Of a stretch of 64,000 bases of DNA, positions 1 to 14,216 are shown one piece after another. The notes beneath the pieces are model-generated. The model had not been told where the DNA came from. It ran no database searches and worked only from the letters and a program-made list of their open reading frames with translations. The DNA is taken from assembly GCF_000009045.1 (NCBI RefSeq), contig NC_000964.3:3782001-3846000 (forward strand). Direction: 5' to 3'. The position numbers and the translations under genes are program-made. Each line of letters starts with the position of its first letter. The first letter of the stretch is position 1. This stretch comes from Bacillus subtilis subsp. subtilis str. 168. Its GTDB lineage: Bacteria > Bacillota > Bacilli > Bacillales > Bacillaceae.

Positions 1-1822
<1,822 letters not shown>

Positions 1823-1832
1823 TCATCTGCGT

Positions 1833-1864
1833 AAAAAGAGAGAAAAAGAGAACCTTTTTCTCTC
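1833..1864 (-). terminator. Intercistronic hairpin (terminator-like) between atpA and atpG
   Basis: Perfect 11-bp stem GAGAGAAAAAG/CTTTTTCTCTC (1838-1848 / 1854-1864), 5-nt loop, followed by TTTTT on the minus strand. Confidence 0.6.
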
Positions 1865-1877
1865 ATCAGCATTCGAG

Positions 1878-3386
<1,509 letters not shown>

Positions 3387-3402
3387 TTAGGTTTCACCCC
3401 TT

Positions 3403-4457
<1,055 letters not shown>

Positions 4458-4558
4458 CTACTACGGCAACTCCCTTCTGCAGGTTTTTCTTTGCTGATCC
4501 AGCAGCCGCACTTGTCTCTTTTCAGCCGGCAAGGCGGGATGCTTATCAGACATAAAGC

Positions 4559-4594
4559 AATGGCGAAGGTTCTCTTGGAATGATCTTCGCCATT
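4559..4594 (-). other. Intercistronic stem-loop after atpE
   Basis: 10-bp perfect inverted repeat AATGGCGAAG (4559-4568) / CTTCGCCATT (4585-4594); no strong U tract. Confidence 0.55.
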
Positions 4595-4619
4595 TTTAGT
4601 TCATATAAGGCTTTTATGC

Positions 4620-4847
<228 letters not shown>

Positions 4848-4877
4848 TTAAAATGTTATCCGTTTGGATATAATGTT

Positions 4878-6003
<1,126 letters not shown>

Positions 6004-6006
6004 CAA

Positions 6007-6155
6007 TTATCTGTCTCCTGATGAAAAAATAATGTATAGCTTGGATACGGCAAAAATCAGCGGTTAACCCTTAGTAGAAGACCTTTTTTGACCGGCAAAA
6101 CGGGCCTGTTCGAAAAAATCATTCATCCGCAAGCCTTGCAGGGATGCTGTTTCAT
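6007..6155 (-). pseudogene. Frameshifted relic of an atpZ-like (ATPase_gene1 family) small membrane gene
   Basis: MKQHPCKACG* at 6155-6123; GLLL (6083-6072), +1 shift, GLTADFCRIQAIHYFF (6070-6023), +1 shift, SGDR* (6021-6007). Resembles the recalled Bacillaceae AtpZ termini HPFQAM and GLLLGLAAG...HFFSG(D/E). Confidence 0.45.
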
Positions 6156-6258
6156 TCGCTTAAATAAATCCTCATAATACGGGTTTGCTGAGAGGATTTA
6201 CATTGAGGATGAGGACTATAATGAAAGCTATGAAAACCTTCTCATAATACCCTCGTTT

Positions 6259-6287
6259 AGCATACAATAGCCCCTAACATGTGTCAA
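6259..6287 (-). promoter_or_regulatory. SigA promoter of the atp operon
   Basis: TTGACA-17 bp-TATGCT. Confidence 0.75.
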
Positions 6288-6390
6288 TCTGTTTAAAGTT
6301 AAAAAACTTTTTATACTTTACGTCTCCACAGAATGTTCACATTTTCACCTATAATTGTATACAGATTCACCGAATAGCAAAAAACTGGAT

Positions 6391-6427
6391 AAAAAAATGA
6401 AACCCCCTTTTGGGGATTTCATTTTTT
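6391..6427 (-). terminator. Intrinsic terminator after upp
   Basis: AAAAAATGAAATCCCC / GGGGTTTCATTTTTT stem (one bulge) with T tract. Confidence 0.8.
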
Positions 6428-7055
6428 ATTTTGTTCCAAACATGCGGTCACCCGCATCTCCGAGACCTGGAACAATATATCCTTTTTCATTTAATTTTTC
6501 ATCTAGCGCCGCAATGTAAATATCAACGTCCGAATGATGCTTCTGCAATTCTTCCACACCCTCCGGCGCTGCTACAAGACACATGAAACGGATATTTTTC
6601 GCACCGCGTTTTTTAAGGCTGTGAATGGCTTCAACTGCGGAACCGCCTGTAGCGAGCATCGGGTCAACCACGATGAATTCACGCTCTTCCACATCAGAAG
6701 GAAGCTTGACATAGTATTCCACGGGTTTTAAGGTTTCTGGATCACGGTAAAGGCCGACATGTCCCACTTTTGCCGCAGGAATCAGCTTTAAAATGCCGTC
6801 AACCATTCCCAATCCTGCTCTGAGGATAGGAACCACTCCGAGTTTTTTCCCTGAGATGACTTTCGATTTCGCAGCCTGAACCGGTGTATTGATATCCACT
6901 TCTTCCAGAGGAAGATCGCGGGTAATTTCAAATGCCATGAGTGTAGCCACTTCATCTACTAACTCTCTAAAATCCTTCGTACCTGTATTTTCATTCCGTA
7001 TATATGTCAGCTTGTGCTGAATTAAAGGATGATCAAATACATAAACCTTTCCCAT
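6426..7055 (-). CDS. upp: Uracil phosphoribosyltransferase
   Basis: 209 aa; [15 protein letters not shown] motif, [13 protein letters not shown]-terminus. Confidence 0.98.
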
Positions 7056-7109
7056 ACTGTGTTTCAGCTCCTTTTTTATTGTCCCATCAACAATTACACA
7101 CTTCTATTG

Positions 7110-7138
7110 ATTCTACAAAAAAAGACATTGAGTTTCAA
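7110..7138 (-). promoter_or_regulatory. SigA promoter of upp
   Basis: TTGAAA-17 bp-TAGAAT. Confidence 0.65.
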
Positions 7139-7148
7139 GAACATCGTC

Positions 7149-7183
7149 AAAAAACCCGCCGGGCATAAGCCCAAGCGGGTTTT
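7149..7183 (-). terminator. Intrinsic terminator after glyA
   Basis: AAAACCCGC...GCGGGTTTTTT with an inner GGGC/GCCC stem. Confidence 0.75.
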
Positions 7184-7189
7184 AGGATC

Positions 7190-8437
7190 TTAATAATCTA
7201 ATTCTTTATATAAAGGAAATTTATCAGTCAGAGCAGCTACACGCTGTCTTGCTTCTTCAAGTTTTCCTTCATCTTCGTGGTTTTTCAATGCAAGCGCAAT
7301 GATAGCACCGACTTCTTCTAATGCGTCTCCGTCAAAACCGCGGCTGGTTACAGCAGCTGTACCAAGACGGATGCCGCTTGTTACGAAAGGTTTTTCAGGA
7401 TCATATGGAATCGCGTTTTTGTTAGACGTAATACCAATTTCATCAAGTACATGCTCCGCAACCTTACCAGTCAGTCCGAGCGAACGAAGGTCAACAAGGA
7501 TAAGGTGGTTGTCTGTTCCGCCTGAAACGAGCTGGATGCCCTCTTTCGTTAAGGCTTCAGCCAGACGTTTCGCGTTTGAAATGACGTTTTGTGCATATGT
7601 TTTGAAATCGTCCTGCAATACTTCACCGAATGAAACAGCTTTTGCGGCAATAACGTGCATCAGAGGGCCGCCTTGAATTCCAGGGAAGATCGATTTATCA
7701 ATTTTCTTGCCAAACTCTTCACGGCAAAGGATCATACCGCCGCGAGGACCGCGAAGTGTTTTATGTGTTGTTGTTGTAACGAAATCAGCGTAAGGAACCG
7801 GGTTTGGATGAAGGCCTGCCGCAACAAGTCCTGCGATATGTGCCATATCCACCATGAAGTAAGCGCCGACTTCATCAGCAATTTCACGGAATTTCTTAAA
7901 GTCGATTGTACGAGGATACGCACTTGCTCCTGCTACGATAAGCTTCGGTTTATGAGCGAGGGCTTTTTCACGCACGTCATCGTAATCAATATATTGAGTT
8001 TCTTTATCTACGCCGTACTCAACAAAGTTATATTGAACACCGCTGAAGTTGACTGGGCTTCCGTGTGTTAAATGGCCGCCGTGGGAGAGGTTCATCCCAA
8101 GTACAGTATCGCCTTGCTCCAAAATCGTGAAGTACACTGCCATGTTTGCTTGTGCGCCTGAATGAGGCTGAACGTTTACATGCTCCGCTCCAAAGATTTC
8201 CTTCGCGCGGTCACGGGCGATATCTTCAACGACATCGACGTGCTCGCATCCGCCGTAGTAGCGTTTGCCCGGATATCCTTCTGCGTACTTATTTGTCAAA
8301 ACAGATCCTTGTGCTTCCATAACCGCTTCACTTACAAAGTTCTCAGAAGCAATCAATTCGATCTTAGTCTGTTGGCGTTCACGCTCATTTTTAATGGCGT
8401 TAAACACTTGTTCGTCTTGCGCAGGTAAATGTTTCAT
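7190..8437 (-). CDS. glyA: Serine hydroxymethyltransferase
   Basis: 415 aa; [15 protein letters not shown] and [14 protein letters not shown] (PLP lysine). Confidence 0.99.
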   Translation of the reverse strand: MKHLPAQDEQVFNAIKNERERQQTKIELIASENFVSEAVMEAQGSVLTNKYAEGYPGKRYYGGCEHVDVVEDIARDRAKEIFGAEHVNVQPHSGAQANMAVYFTILEQGDTVLGMNLSHGGHLTHGSPVNFSGVQYNFVEYGVDKETQYIDYDDVREKALAHKPKLIVAGASAYPRTIDFKKFREIADEVGAYFMVDMAHIAGLVAAGLHPNPVPYADFVTTTTHKTLRGPRGGMILCREEFGKKIDKSIFPGIQGGPLMHVIAAKAVSFGEVLQDDFKTYAQNVISNAKRLAEALTKEGIQLVSGGTDNHLILVDLRSLGLTGKVAEHVLDEIGITSNKNAIPYDPEKPFVTSGIRLGTAAVTSRGFDGDALEEVGAIIALALKNHEDEGKLEEARQRVAALTDKFPLYKELDY

Positions 8438-8550
8438 CAGCGAGATCCTCTCCTATCCGTATCCTGTTCTTTGTTTTTACCATCACTATTGTACATGGTT
8501 TTTAAGGCCGATGTAAAAGATTATTTTTAAAAAATCTAAATTTTTATTGG

Positions 8551-8597
8551 TAAAAACGAATATTAATAACTTAAATTTAATTTAAAGTTCGGAATTT
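8551..8597. promoter_or_regulatory. Pair of inverted PurBoxes (PurR operator) upstream of glyA
   Basis: AAATTCCGAACTTTA on the minus strand (8583-8597) and TAAAAACGAATATT on the plus strand (8551-8564); glyA is an established PurR-regulon gene. Confidence 0.7.
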
Positions 8598-8643
8598 ATT
8601 TCACTATCTTAAAATAAAAGAAAAGACTGGCTATGCAGTCCTT

Positions 8644-9186
8644 TCATTCGCACTCATAAACCGCCCGCACTCCGCCGATTAGTTTCGGCCGTGTACGCGC
8701 CAATGTCACATGAGCTGAACCGAGGCTGTTTTGAGAGACACGCACAGGGACAGCCACCGGTTTCAGATGCATGCCGATAAACGTATCGCCTATATCAATT
8801 CCGGCGTCAGCCTGAATGGTTTCAACAAGAACAGGAGACTTCATCTGCTTAAACGCATAAGACGCCATCGCTCCGCCCGCTTTTGGAACGGGCACGGCAG
8901 AAACGGTTGGAAGCCTGAACAGCTTGGCTGTTTCTGCTTCGACGACAAGCGCTCTGTTTAAATGCTCGCAGCATTGAAACGCCAGATGGATTCCCGTTTT
9001 TTCCCGGAGCTCAGCAAGTCCGCTGTAGATGCTTTCAGCGATATCTACACTGCCCGATGTGCCGATCCGGCTGCCGGCCACTTCGCTCGTGCTGCATCCA
9101 AGGACGAAGAGCTGATCTTGTTTCAATTCCGCTTGGTCCTGAAACTCAGACAGCATCGTCTTCCACGTTTGTTTCAACTCATTCAT
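8644..9186 (-). CDS. ywlG: Conserved protein YwlG (UPF0340/TIGR01440-like)
   Basis: 180 aa; [23 protein letters not shown] and [12 protein letters not shown] motifs; lies between rpiB and glyA. Confidence 0.88.
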   Translation of the reverse strand: MNELKQTWKTMLSEFQDQAELKQDQLFVLGCSTSEVAGSRIGTSGSVDIAESIYSGLAELREKTGIHLAFQCCEHLNRALVVEAETAKLFRLPTVSAVPVPKAGGAMASYAFKQMKSPVLVETIQADAGIDIGDTFIGMHLKPVAVPVRVSQNSLGSAHVTLARTRPKLIGGVRAVYECE

Positions 9187-9198
9187 TAAACAGCACCC

Positions 9199-9648
9199 CT
9201 ACAGGTTTTTCTCTTCATAATCGGAGATTTTTCCAATACGCGTTTGGTGTCTTCCCCCGGTAAACTCAGTAGTCAGCCAGATTTTTGCGATTTCCCGAGC
9301 CAAACCAGGTCCGATCACCCGTTCACCCATCGCAAGGATGTTTGTGTCATTATGCTCCCTCGTCGCCTTCGCGCTGAAGGTATCGTGCGCCAGCGCGCAG
9401 CGAATCCCTTTTACTTTATTAGCGGAAATGCTCATGCCGATGCCTGTCCCGCAAATTAAAATGCCTCTGTCAACTTCGCCGCTAACCACTTTTTCGGCCA
9501 CCGGAAAAGCATAATCCGGATAATCGACAGAGCCGCTGCCGCAGTCACAGCCCATATCAATATATTCAATTTGCAATTCGTCCATTAACTCTTTGATTTC
9601 ATTTCGAATGTGAACGCCGCCATGATCCGATGCAATGGCTACTTTCAT
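9199..9648 (-). CDS. ywlF: Ribose-5-phosphate isomerase B (LacAB/RpiB family)
   Basis: 149 aa; IASDHGG, DYPD, CGTGIGMSISANK, REHNDTNIL and FTGGRHQTR motifs. Confidence 0.95.
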   Translation of the reverse strand: MKVAIASDHGGVHIRNEIKELMDELQIEYIDMGCDCGSGSVDYPDYAFPVAEKVVSGEVDRGILICGTGIGMSISANKVKGIRCALAHDTFSAKATREHNDTNILAMGERVIGPGLAREIAKIWLTTEFTGGRHQTRIGKISDYEEKNL

Positions 9649-9804
9649 CTGCTTTTCCTCCCAGCGTGTGTGATGCGGCCCGCCCGCTTTATTGACCGCG
9701 CAGCCTGTCCGCTCTTTGATTCACACCATATGATGTGCTTTTCACTATATTCTACTCCTTCACGCAGGATTTGCAAATGACCTGTTTGCAGATTTTCTGA
9801 CAAC

Positions 9805-10257
9805 TTATCTACGGTCTTTTTTCAGCTGTTTTGCCAGCTGCCGAAGAAGCTCTTCAAGCTCATCTCGCGTTTGTTTATAGATGTCAATTGAGCCGCCGAA
9901 CGGATCGAGGACATCACCATGGCTGCCTGTGACATATTCTTTTAACGTAAACACTTTATCACGATAACGTCCAAATTGGCTGGCAATGATCTGTTTGTGC
10001 TGATGGGTCATAGCCAGAACCAAATCAGCCGATTCCATAAGTTCTTCAGTTAATGGAGAAGACACATGATTAAGGGCAATGTGTTTTTCAAACAGCGCTT
10101 CGACTGCATGAGGCGTCGCTTTCCCATTAGGTGAAGCAAACACGCCTGCCGAGCGGACATTGACATTCAGCCCTTCCCTTTCTGCAATTGATTTAAAAAG
10201 CGCCTCAGCCATTGGGCTGCGGCACGTATTTCCAGTACAGACAAAAATAATATCCAT
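9805..10257 (-). CDS. ywlE: Low-molecular-weight protein arginine phosphatase
   Basis: P-loop VCTGNTCRS and DPFGG; ATG 10257 has a GGGGTG SD (150 aa). Confidence 0.93.
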   Translation of the reverse strand: MDIIFVCTGNTCRSPMAEALFKSIAEREGLNVNVRSAGVFASPNGKATPHAVEALFEKHIALNHVSSPLTEELMESADLVLAMTHQHKQIIASQFGRYRDKVFTLKEYVTGSHGDVLDPFGGSIDIYKQTRDELEELLRQLAKQLKKDRR

Positions 10258-10332
10258 GTCAGTCACCCCTTATTTTTCTCTATTATATATGAAGAAAAAA
10301 GAAACGGCGACTTCGTTTCTTTTATTGGTATA

Positions 10333-10890
10333 TTAAATTGGCAAAAGCAGCTTTAATCCAAACACGATTAATATGATGCCCCCGAGCGCTTCGCTGTATG
10401 TGCCAAGCCATGACTGCACTTGTTTTCCGACCAGCAGGCCCAGCCATGTCAACATCATGCTGAACAGCCCGAACAGGGTAATTGTGAGGAGCGGATGCGA
10501 GCCGTATATCCCCAAGCTCAAGCCGACGGAAAAGCTGTCAAGGCTGACGCCGATGGCAAACAGCAATAAGCCCGGCCCTGCCGGTGACATGAATCGTTCT
10601 TCTGACTGTTTAAAAGAGGCCATAAGCATTTGAACCCCAAGAACAAAAAGCAGCGCCCCACCGATATAAACCGCTAACACGCCGAGGAGCCCTGACAGCA
10701 TGTTACCGGCCGCCATCCCTGCGAGAGGCATGATGACGTGAAAGAGGCCGATGATGAAACCAATATAGAATATCTGCTTCTTTCTAAGTTTGACCATGCC
10801 CATTCCAAGGCCGACAGAAAAAGCATCCATCCCTAAAGCAAACGCCATGATGCTTAATGTAATCAGTTCGCCTATAAACAAATCCGACAT
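10333..10890 (-). CDS. ywlD: MntP-family putative manganese efflux membrane protein
   Basis: 185 aa; two repeats ([10 protein letters not shown] and [10 protein letters not shown]), about 6 TM segments. Confidence 0.88.
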
Positions 10891-10900
10891 ACATAAATAA

Positions 10901-10955
10901 CCCCCTTGGACACGCCCCGCTTTTTTAGCCTATGCGTGTCCAAAAAGGGTTAGAA
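10901..10955 (-). promoter_or_regulatory. SigE-like promoter embedded in an RBS-sequestering hairpin before ywlD
   Basis: TTCTAAC-14 bp-CATAGGCT; 10-bp stem TTGGACACGC/GCGTGTCCAA whose 3' arm overlaps the SD AAGGGGG. Confidence 0.5.
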
Positions 10956-10968
10956 CATCTGACTGCTT

Positions 10969-12009
10969 TCAGCGAATCACTCTTCCTCCGGCGGCTTTCA
11001 TCAGCCTGTTCATAATAGCAAGACCGACACCTGTATCCGGAAAGGATTCCGCTATAATGAAATCCACCTTATTCTCATCAAAGCTGCGCAAAGCATCATA
11101 CAGCCCTGCCGCAACAGTCTCAAGCTGAGCCCGTCTTCCGCAGCTCTTCACATAATCAGCGGAATAAACGCCCGCTTTTTCTTCTGTCGTCAGGACACCG
11201 ACCCGTCTTCCACCCTGTTGATATTCTTGAATGAGGTGCTGAATGCGCTCTGGGCTGCCTTCGCAAATGGCAAGAGGCGCTGTCGGCGCATAATGTGTAT
11301 ATTTCATCCCTGGAGAAATCGGCTTCTCGTTTTGGTCGCTGAGCCCTTTATCCACATGGATCGGCCCGATCACCGCTTCAATTTGTTCCTTCGTAATGCC
11401 GCCAGGACGCAAGAGAACAGGGATGTCGTCCGCACATGAAAGCACAGTTGATTCGACCCCGATTCCGGTAGGGCCTCCATCCACAATACCGGCTATGCGG
11501 CCATCCAAGTCGTGAGCCACATGCTCCGCTTTTGTGGGACTTGGCTTGCCTGATAGATTGGCGCTCGGTGCTGCAATCGGCAGTCCCGATTCGCGAATCA
11601 ATGCAAGGGCAAGCGGATGATCCGGCATTCTAATGGCAACCGTTTCAAGACCTGCCGTTACACGAGGTGAAAGCGCATCAGGTTTGCAAGGCAGAATGAG
11701 CGTAAGTGCTCCCGGCCAAAACCGTTTCATCAATGTTTTCGCCTTTTCCGGCGCCGGGCCCGTTAAATCCTCAAGCTGGCTGATATCCGCAATGTGGACA
11801 ATCAGGGGATTATCGCTCGGCCGCCCTTTCGCCTCATATATTTTTTTGACGGCATCCGTATTTTTTGCGTTTGCGCCTAGGCCATATACTGTTTCTGTCG
11901 GAAAGGCAACGACCTCATTTTCTCGGAGCAAAGCGGCTGCTTGTGCAATTTGTGGATCATTTGTGGATAACTCGTCAGTTACATCCACAAACCATCTTTT
12001 CGTTTTCAT
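10969..12009 (-). CDS. ywlC: Threonylcarbamoyl-AMP synthase (Sua5/TsaC2, t6A biosynthesis)
   Basis: 346 aa; AFPTETVYGLGA, KGRPSDNPLIVH, APSANLSGKPSPT, plus Sua5 C-domain PGMKYTHYAP. Confidence 0.96.
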   Translation of the reverse strand: MKTKRWFVDVTDELSTNDPQIAQAAALLRENEVVAFPTETVYGLGANAKNTDAVKKIYEAKGRPSDNPLIVHIADISQLEDLTGPAPEKAKTLMKRFWPGALTLILPCKPDALSPRVTAGLETVAIRMPDHPLALALIRESGLPIAAPSANLSGKPSPTKAEHVAHDLDGRIAGIVDGGPTGIGVESTVLSCADDIPVLLRPGGITKEQIEAVIGPIHVDKGLSDQNEKPISPGMKYTHYAPTAPLAICEGSPERIQHLIQEYQQGGRRVGVLTTEEKAGVYSADYVKSCGRRAQLETVAAGLYDALRSFDENKVDFIIAESFPDTGVGLAIMNRLMKAAGGRVIR

Positions 12010-12174
12010 TTCTGACCAAACTCCTTATTCACAACAATAAAACGATTGTTTTACGCGTGTAATCCTTTTGAAAGTATAAAAGATGTCCTGTAATAAAACA
12101 AGCGTTATCCACAAATTGTGGACAACGCTAATAAAGAAGTGGATAAGTATGTGTATAAACTGCACTTATCCAGA
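11951..12174. promoter_or_regulatory. DnaA-box cluster around the ywlC promoter (TTGTTT-17-TATACT at 12073-12101)
   Basis: TTATNCACA matches at 11962-70, 12025-33, 12105-13 and 12150-58; 1-mismatch copies at 11951-59, 12117-25, 12138-46 and 12166-74. Confidence 0.85.
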
Positions 12175-12609
12175 CGCTTTTTTCATCAAAACGGCTCCTT
12201 CTGTTTGCCGCGATTCACAGAAGTGATCAGAAGAAAACAGCTCCTCCGGTACACTCTCAGCTCTTTCAAAACCCATGGCCGTCAGAAAGTCCGCAGAGGA
12301 ATGCTGATTTGCTACTAGGTACACGGTTTTGATCTGATGCTTTTCGCACAGCACCTCCATGCTTTGAAAAAGCGTGACGATGTGGCCTTGGTGAAGCTTG
12401 TCCGATATGACAAGTGATCGCAGCAGCCCCTGGTCACAGCTTATTTTTTCAATACCGAGGCATCCGGCAATGTTTTTCTCACTGTCCTCCAGCATAAGAA
12501 ATTGAGTGAAGCCTTCTTTCACGCCTTCATAGCTGGTTTTTGCCTGTTTTAAAAATGCCTCGAGCACATCTCCGTCTTTTTCCCTTGCCACCCGCAGTTG
12601 ATAAAACAT
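12166..12609 (-). CDS. ywlB: GNAT-like protein YwlB
   Basis: 147 aa from ATG 12609 (GGGGTG SD); IAGCLGIE...LLRSLVI pattern typical of GNAT folds. Confidence 0.8.
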   Translation of the reverse strand: MFYQLRVAREKDGDVLEAFLKQAKTSYEGVKEGFTQFLMLEDSEKNIAGCLGIEKISCDQGLLRSLVISDKLHQGHIVTLFQSMEVLCEKHQIKTVYLVANQHSSADFLTAMGFERAESVPEELFSSDHFCESRQTEGAVLMKKASG

Positions 12610-12640
12610 CCGTTCACCCCGTTTTTGCGTTCTTTCTTCC

Positions 12641-12668
12641 AATCTATGAGGCAAATCTATTTTTAGAC
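12641..12668 (-). promoter_or_regulatory. SigE-like promoter of ywlB
   Basis: GTCTAAA-13 bp-CATAGATT in the spoIIR-ywlB gap. Confidence 0.4.
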
Positions 12669-12675
12669 CAGATGA

Positions 12676-13350
12676 TTAGGAAAAAAGGTCGGAAATCCAT
12701 TCGACTAAAAAGAATTTCACTTCTGTGCCGTCTTCTTTTTCTTCGTTCTCTTCTTTTTTGGCTTTTTCCGCTTTAGCGGTTACGTCCTCAAGCACTTTTT
12801 CAGTCTGCTTTTTTGAGGCTTCTTTATCTTCTTGTTCTTTGACGGCTTCCCCGTTAGAAAAATCAAGAAAGCAGAGGGGCGGGAACAGCACACACCACCA
12901 GTTGGCGCCGTCTCCGTTTCCAAGCGTAATCAAAATCGCTTCATACTCACCAGCGGGATATACCATGTTGCCGTAAAGCTTTGTCGGAAACGAGATTTTG
13001 TCAAAATCAACGGATATCGACTGATTCGCTCCTTCTTTCTCCATTGTTTCCTTTGCAATTGCTTTGATTTCAGGCAGCTTTGAACGAATCACGCGACGCG
13101 CTTCTTCAATAGAAGTAATATCCTTTACCCAAGTTGTGATTTCTTTATTCACCGCGTCTCTTATATGACGTTTTAATTGCTGGTCTTGATCACTATCGCT
13201 GTTTGCCAGTATTCTCAAACGAATCGCCTGATCAGGTATGACCACCGGCTGATTTTCCGATTTTTGTGCCGTCTCTTCTTTTGCCAGCCCTACGAGCGCT
13301 CCGGATAATAAAAGAAAGATATATATACAAATGATTACTGTTTTTTTCAT
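12676..13350 (-). CDS. spoIIR: Stage II sporulation protein R (pro-sigmaE processing signal)
   Basis: 224 aa from ATG 13350; signal peptide, IRLRILANSDS and NWWCVLFPPLC motifs. Confidence 0.96.
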   Translation of the reverse strand: MKKTVIICIYIFLLLSGALVGLAKEETAQKSENQPVVIPDQAIRLRILANSDSDQDQQLKRHIRDAVNKEITTWVKDITSIEEARRVIRSKLPEIKAIAKETMEKEGANQSISVDFDKISFPTKLYGNMVYPAGEYEAILITLGNGDGANWWCVLFPPLCFLDFSNGEAVKEQEDKEASKKQTEKVLEDVTAKAEKAKKEENEEKEDGTEVKFFLVEWISDLFS

Positions 13351-13389
13351 CGGTCCCCACCGTTCCTCTCCGTGCTTTGTTTCTAGCCC

Positions 13390-13419
13390 TATTATGGACA
13401 AGGAGAGCCTGGGATAAAC
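13390..13419 (-). promoter_or_regulatory. SigF promoter of spoIIR
   Basis: GTTTA-15 bp-GTCCATAATA; spoIIR is an established SigF gene. Confidence 0.75.
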
Positions 13420-13490
13420 GTGCAGGGTGAAAAAAATCTAGCAAGCTGTTAATCTTATTTATGGTACGATAGTGTTTTAGGAGGTTTAAG

Positions 13491-13853
13491 ATGAAATACA
13501 ATTATACAGTGCTGTTATCAGCATTCACGATGTCCGTTCTTTATTCAGTAATTTATATTCATTCATTTATCATTGCCGCTCTCATCACAATGGCATTTTA
13601 TTTTCTGTTTCCTTATTTGATCTTCGCACTGCCGCTTCAAATCATGATGAATAAAAAGCCGAAACGTTTCAGCCCTTTGTATCTGCTGTATTACCTTGCC
13701 GCTGCTTTTATTGCCAACGCGATCATTTTCGGCATGCTTCAGCCTTCGGGACAATCTCTGTTTCAAAATACAGCCTTTTATCTTTTCGCTGTATTAACAG
13801 CTCTTATCTATTGGATATGGGATTCTGTTTTACTGCAAAAAAAGGAAGCCTAA
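13491..13853 (+). CDS. ywlA: Small integral membrane protein (UPF0715-like)
   Basis: 120 aa, 4 hydrophobic segments, AGGAGG SD. Confidence 0.8.
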   Translation: MKYNYTVLLSAFTMSVLYSVIYIHSFIIAALITMAFYFLFPYLIFALPLQIMMNKKPKRFSPLYLLYYLAAAFIANAIIFGMLQPSGQSLFQNTAFYLFAVLTALIYWIWDSVLLQKKEA

Positions 13854-13868
13854 GAGGCTTCCTTTTTT
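13838..13868. terminator. Bidirectional terminator between ywlA and ywkF
   Basis: AAAAAAGGAAGCC-TAAGA-GGCTTCCTTTTTT perfect stem between convergent genes. Confidence 0.85.
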
Positions 13869-13869
13869 A

Positions 13870-14157
13870 TTAAAACAAAATCGTCAGTAAATAACATAGA
13901 ATGGAAGGTATCGCCGCAACAAAGAAAGCGGCCGCCATTTTCATGCGAGATGTACGGCCTTCTTTGGTTTCTGAATGGTAGTTTGCCCGCTGATCGCTTC
14001 CGCTTACAGCCAAACCCGATGTAATGATCGCGAGCCCCACTAAAACGAGAGACGCAACGCCAAAAATCGCTTCATATGAAAGAGCCTGCGGAAAAATGGT
14101 GCCAATCATGCTCTCAATCGCAATGAGCAGGATTCCTGCTGTCAGGGCCTTTTTCAT
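13870..14157 (-). CDS. ywkF: Small membrane protein (DUF5316-like)
   Basis: 95 aa from ATG 14157 (AAAGGGG SD); 3 TM segments, [13 protein letters not shown] motif. Confidence 0.75.
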
Positions 14158-14216
14158 GTTTACATCCCCTTTGCTGGTGTTAAACAGCTTGATCCATTCA
14201 CTCGCCAGCAAGCTGC

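Noticed and set aside
8796-8809. Partial RacA ram-like sequence CAATTCCGGCGTCA
   Set aside because: Only 10 of 14 positions match; expected by chance.
9775-9803. TnrA-box-like TGTCA-N7-TGCAA upstream of ywlF
   Set aside because: The right half has two mismatches to TNACA; it cannot be supported from sequence alone.
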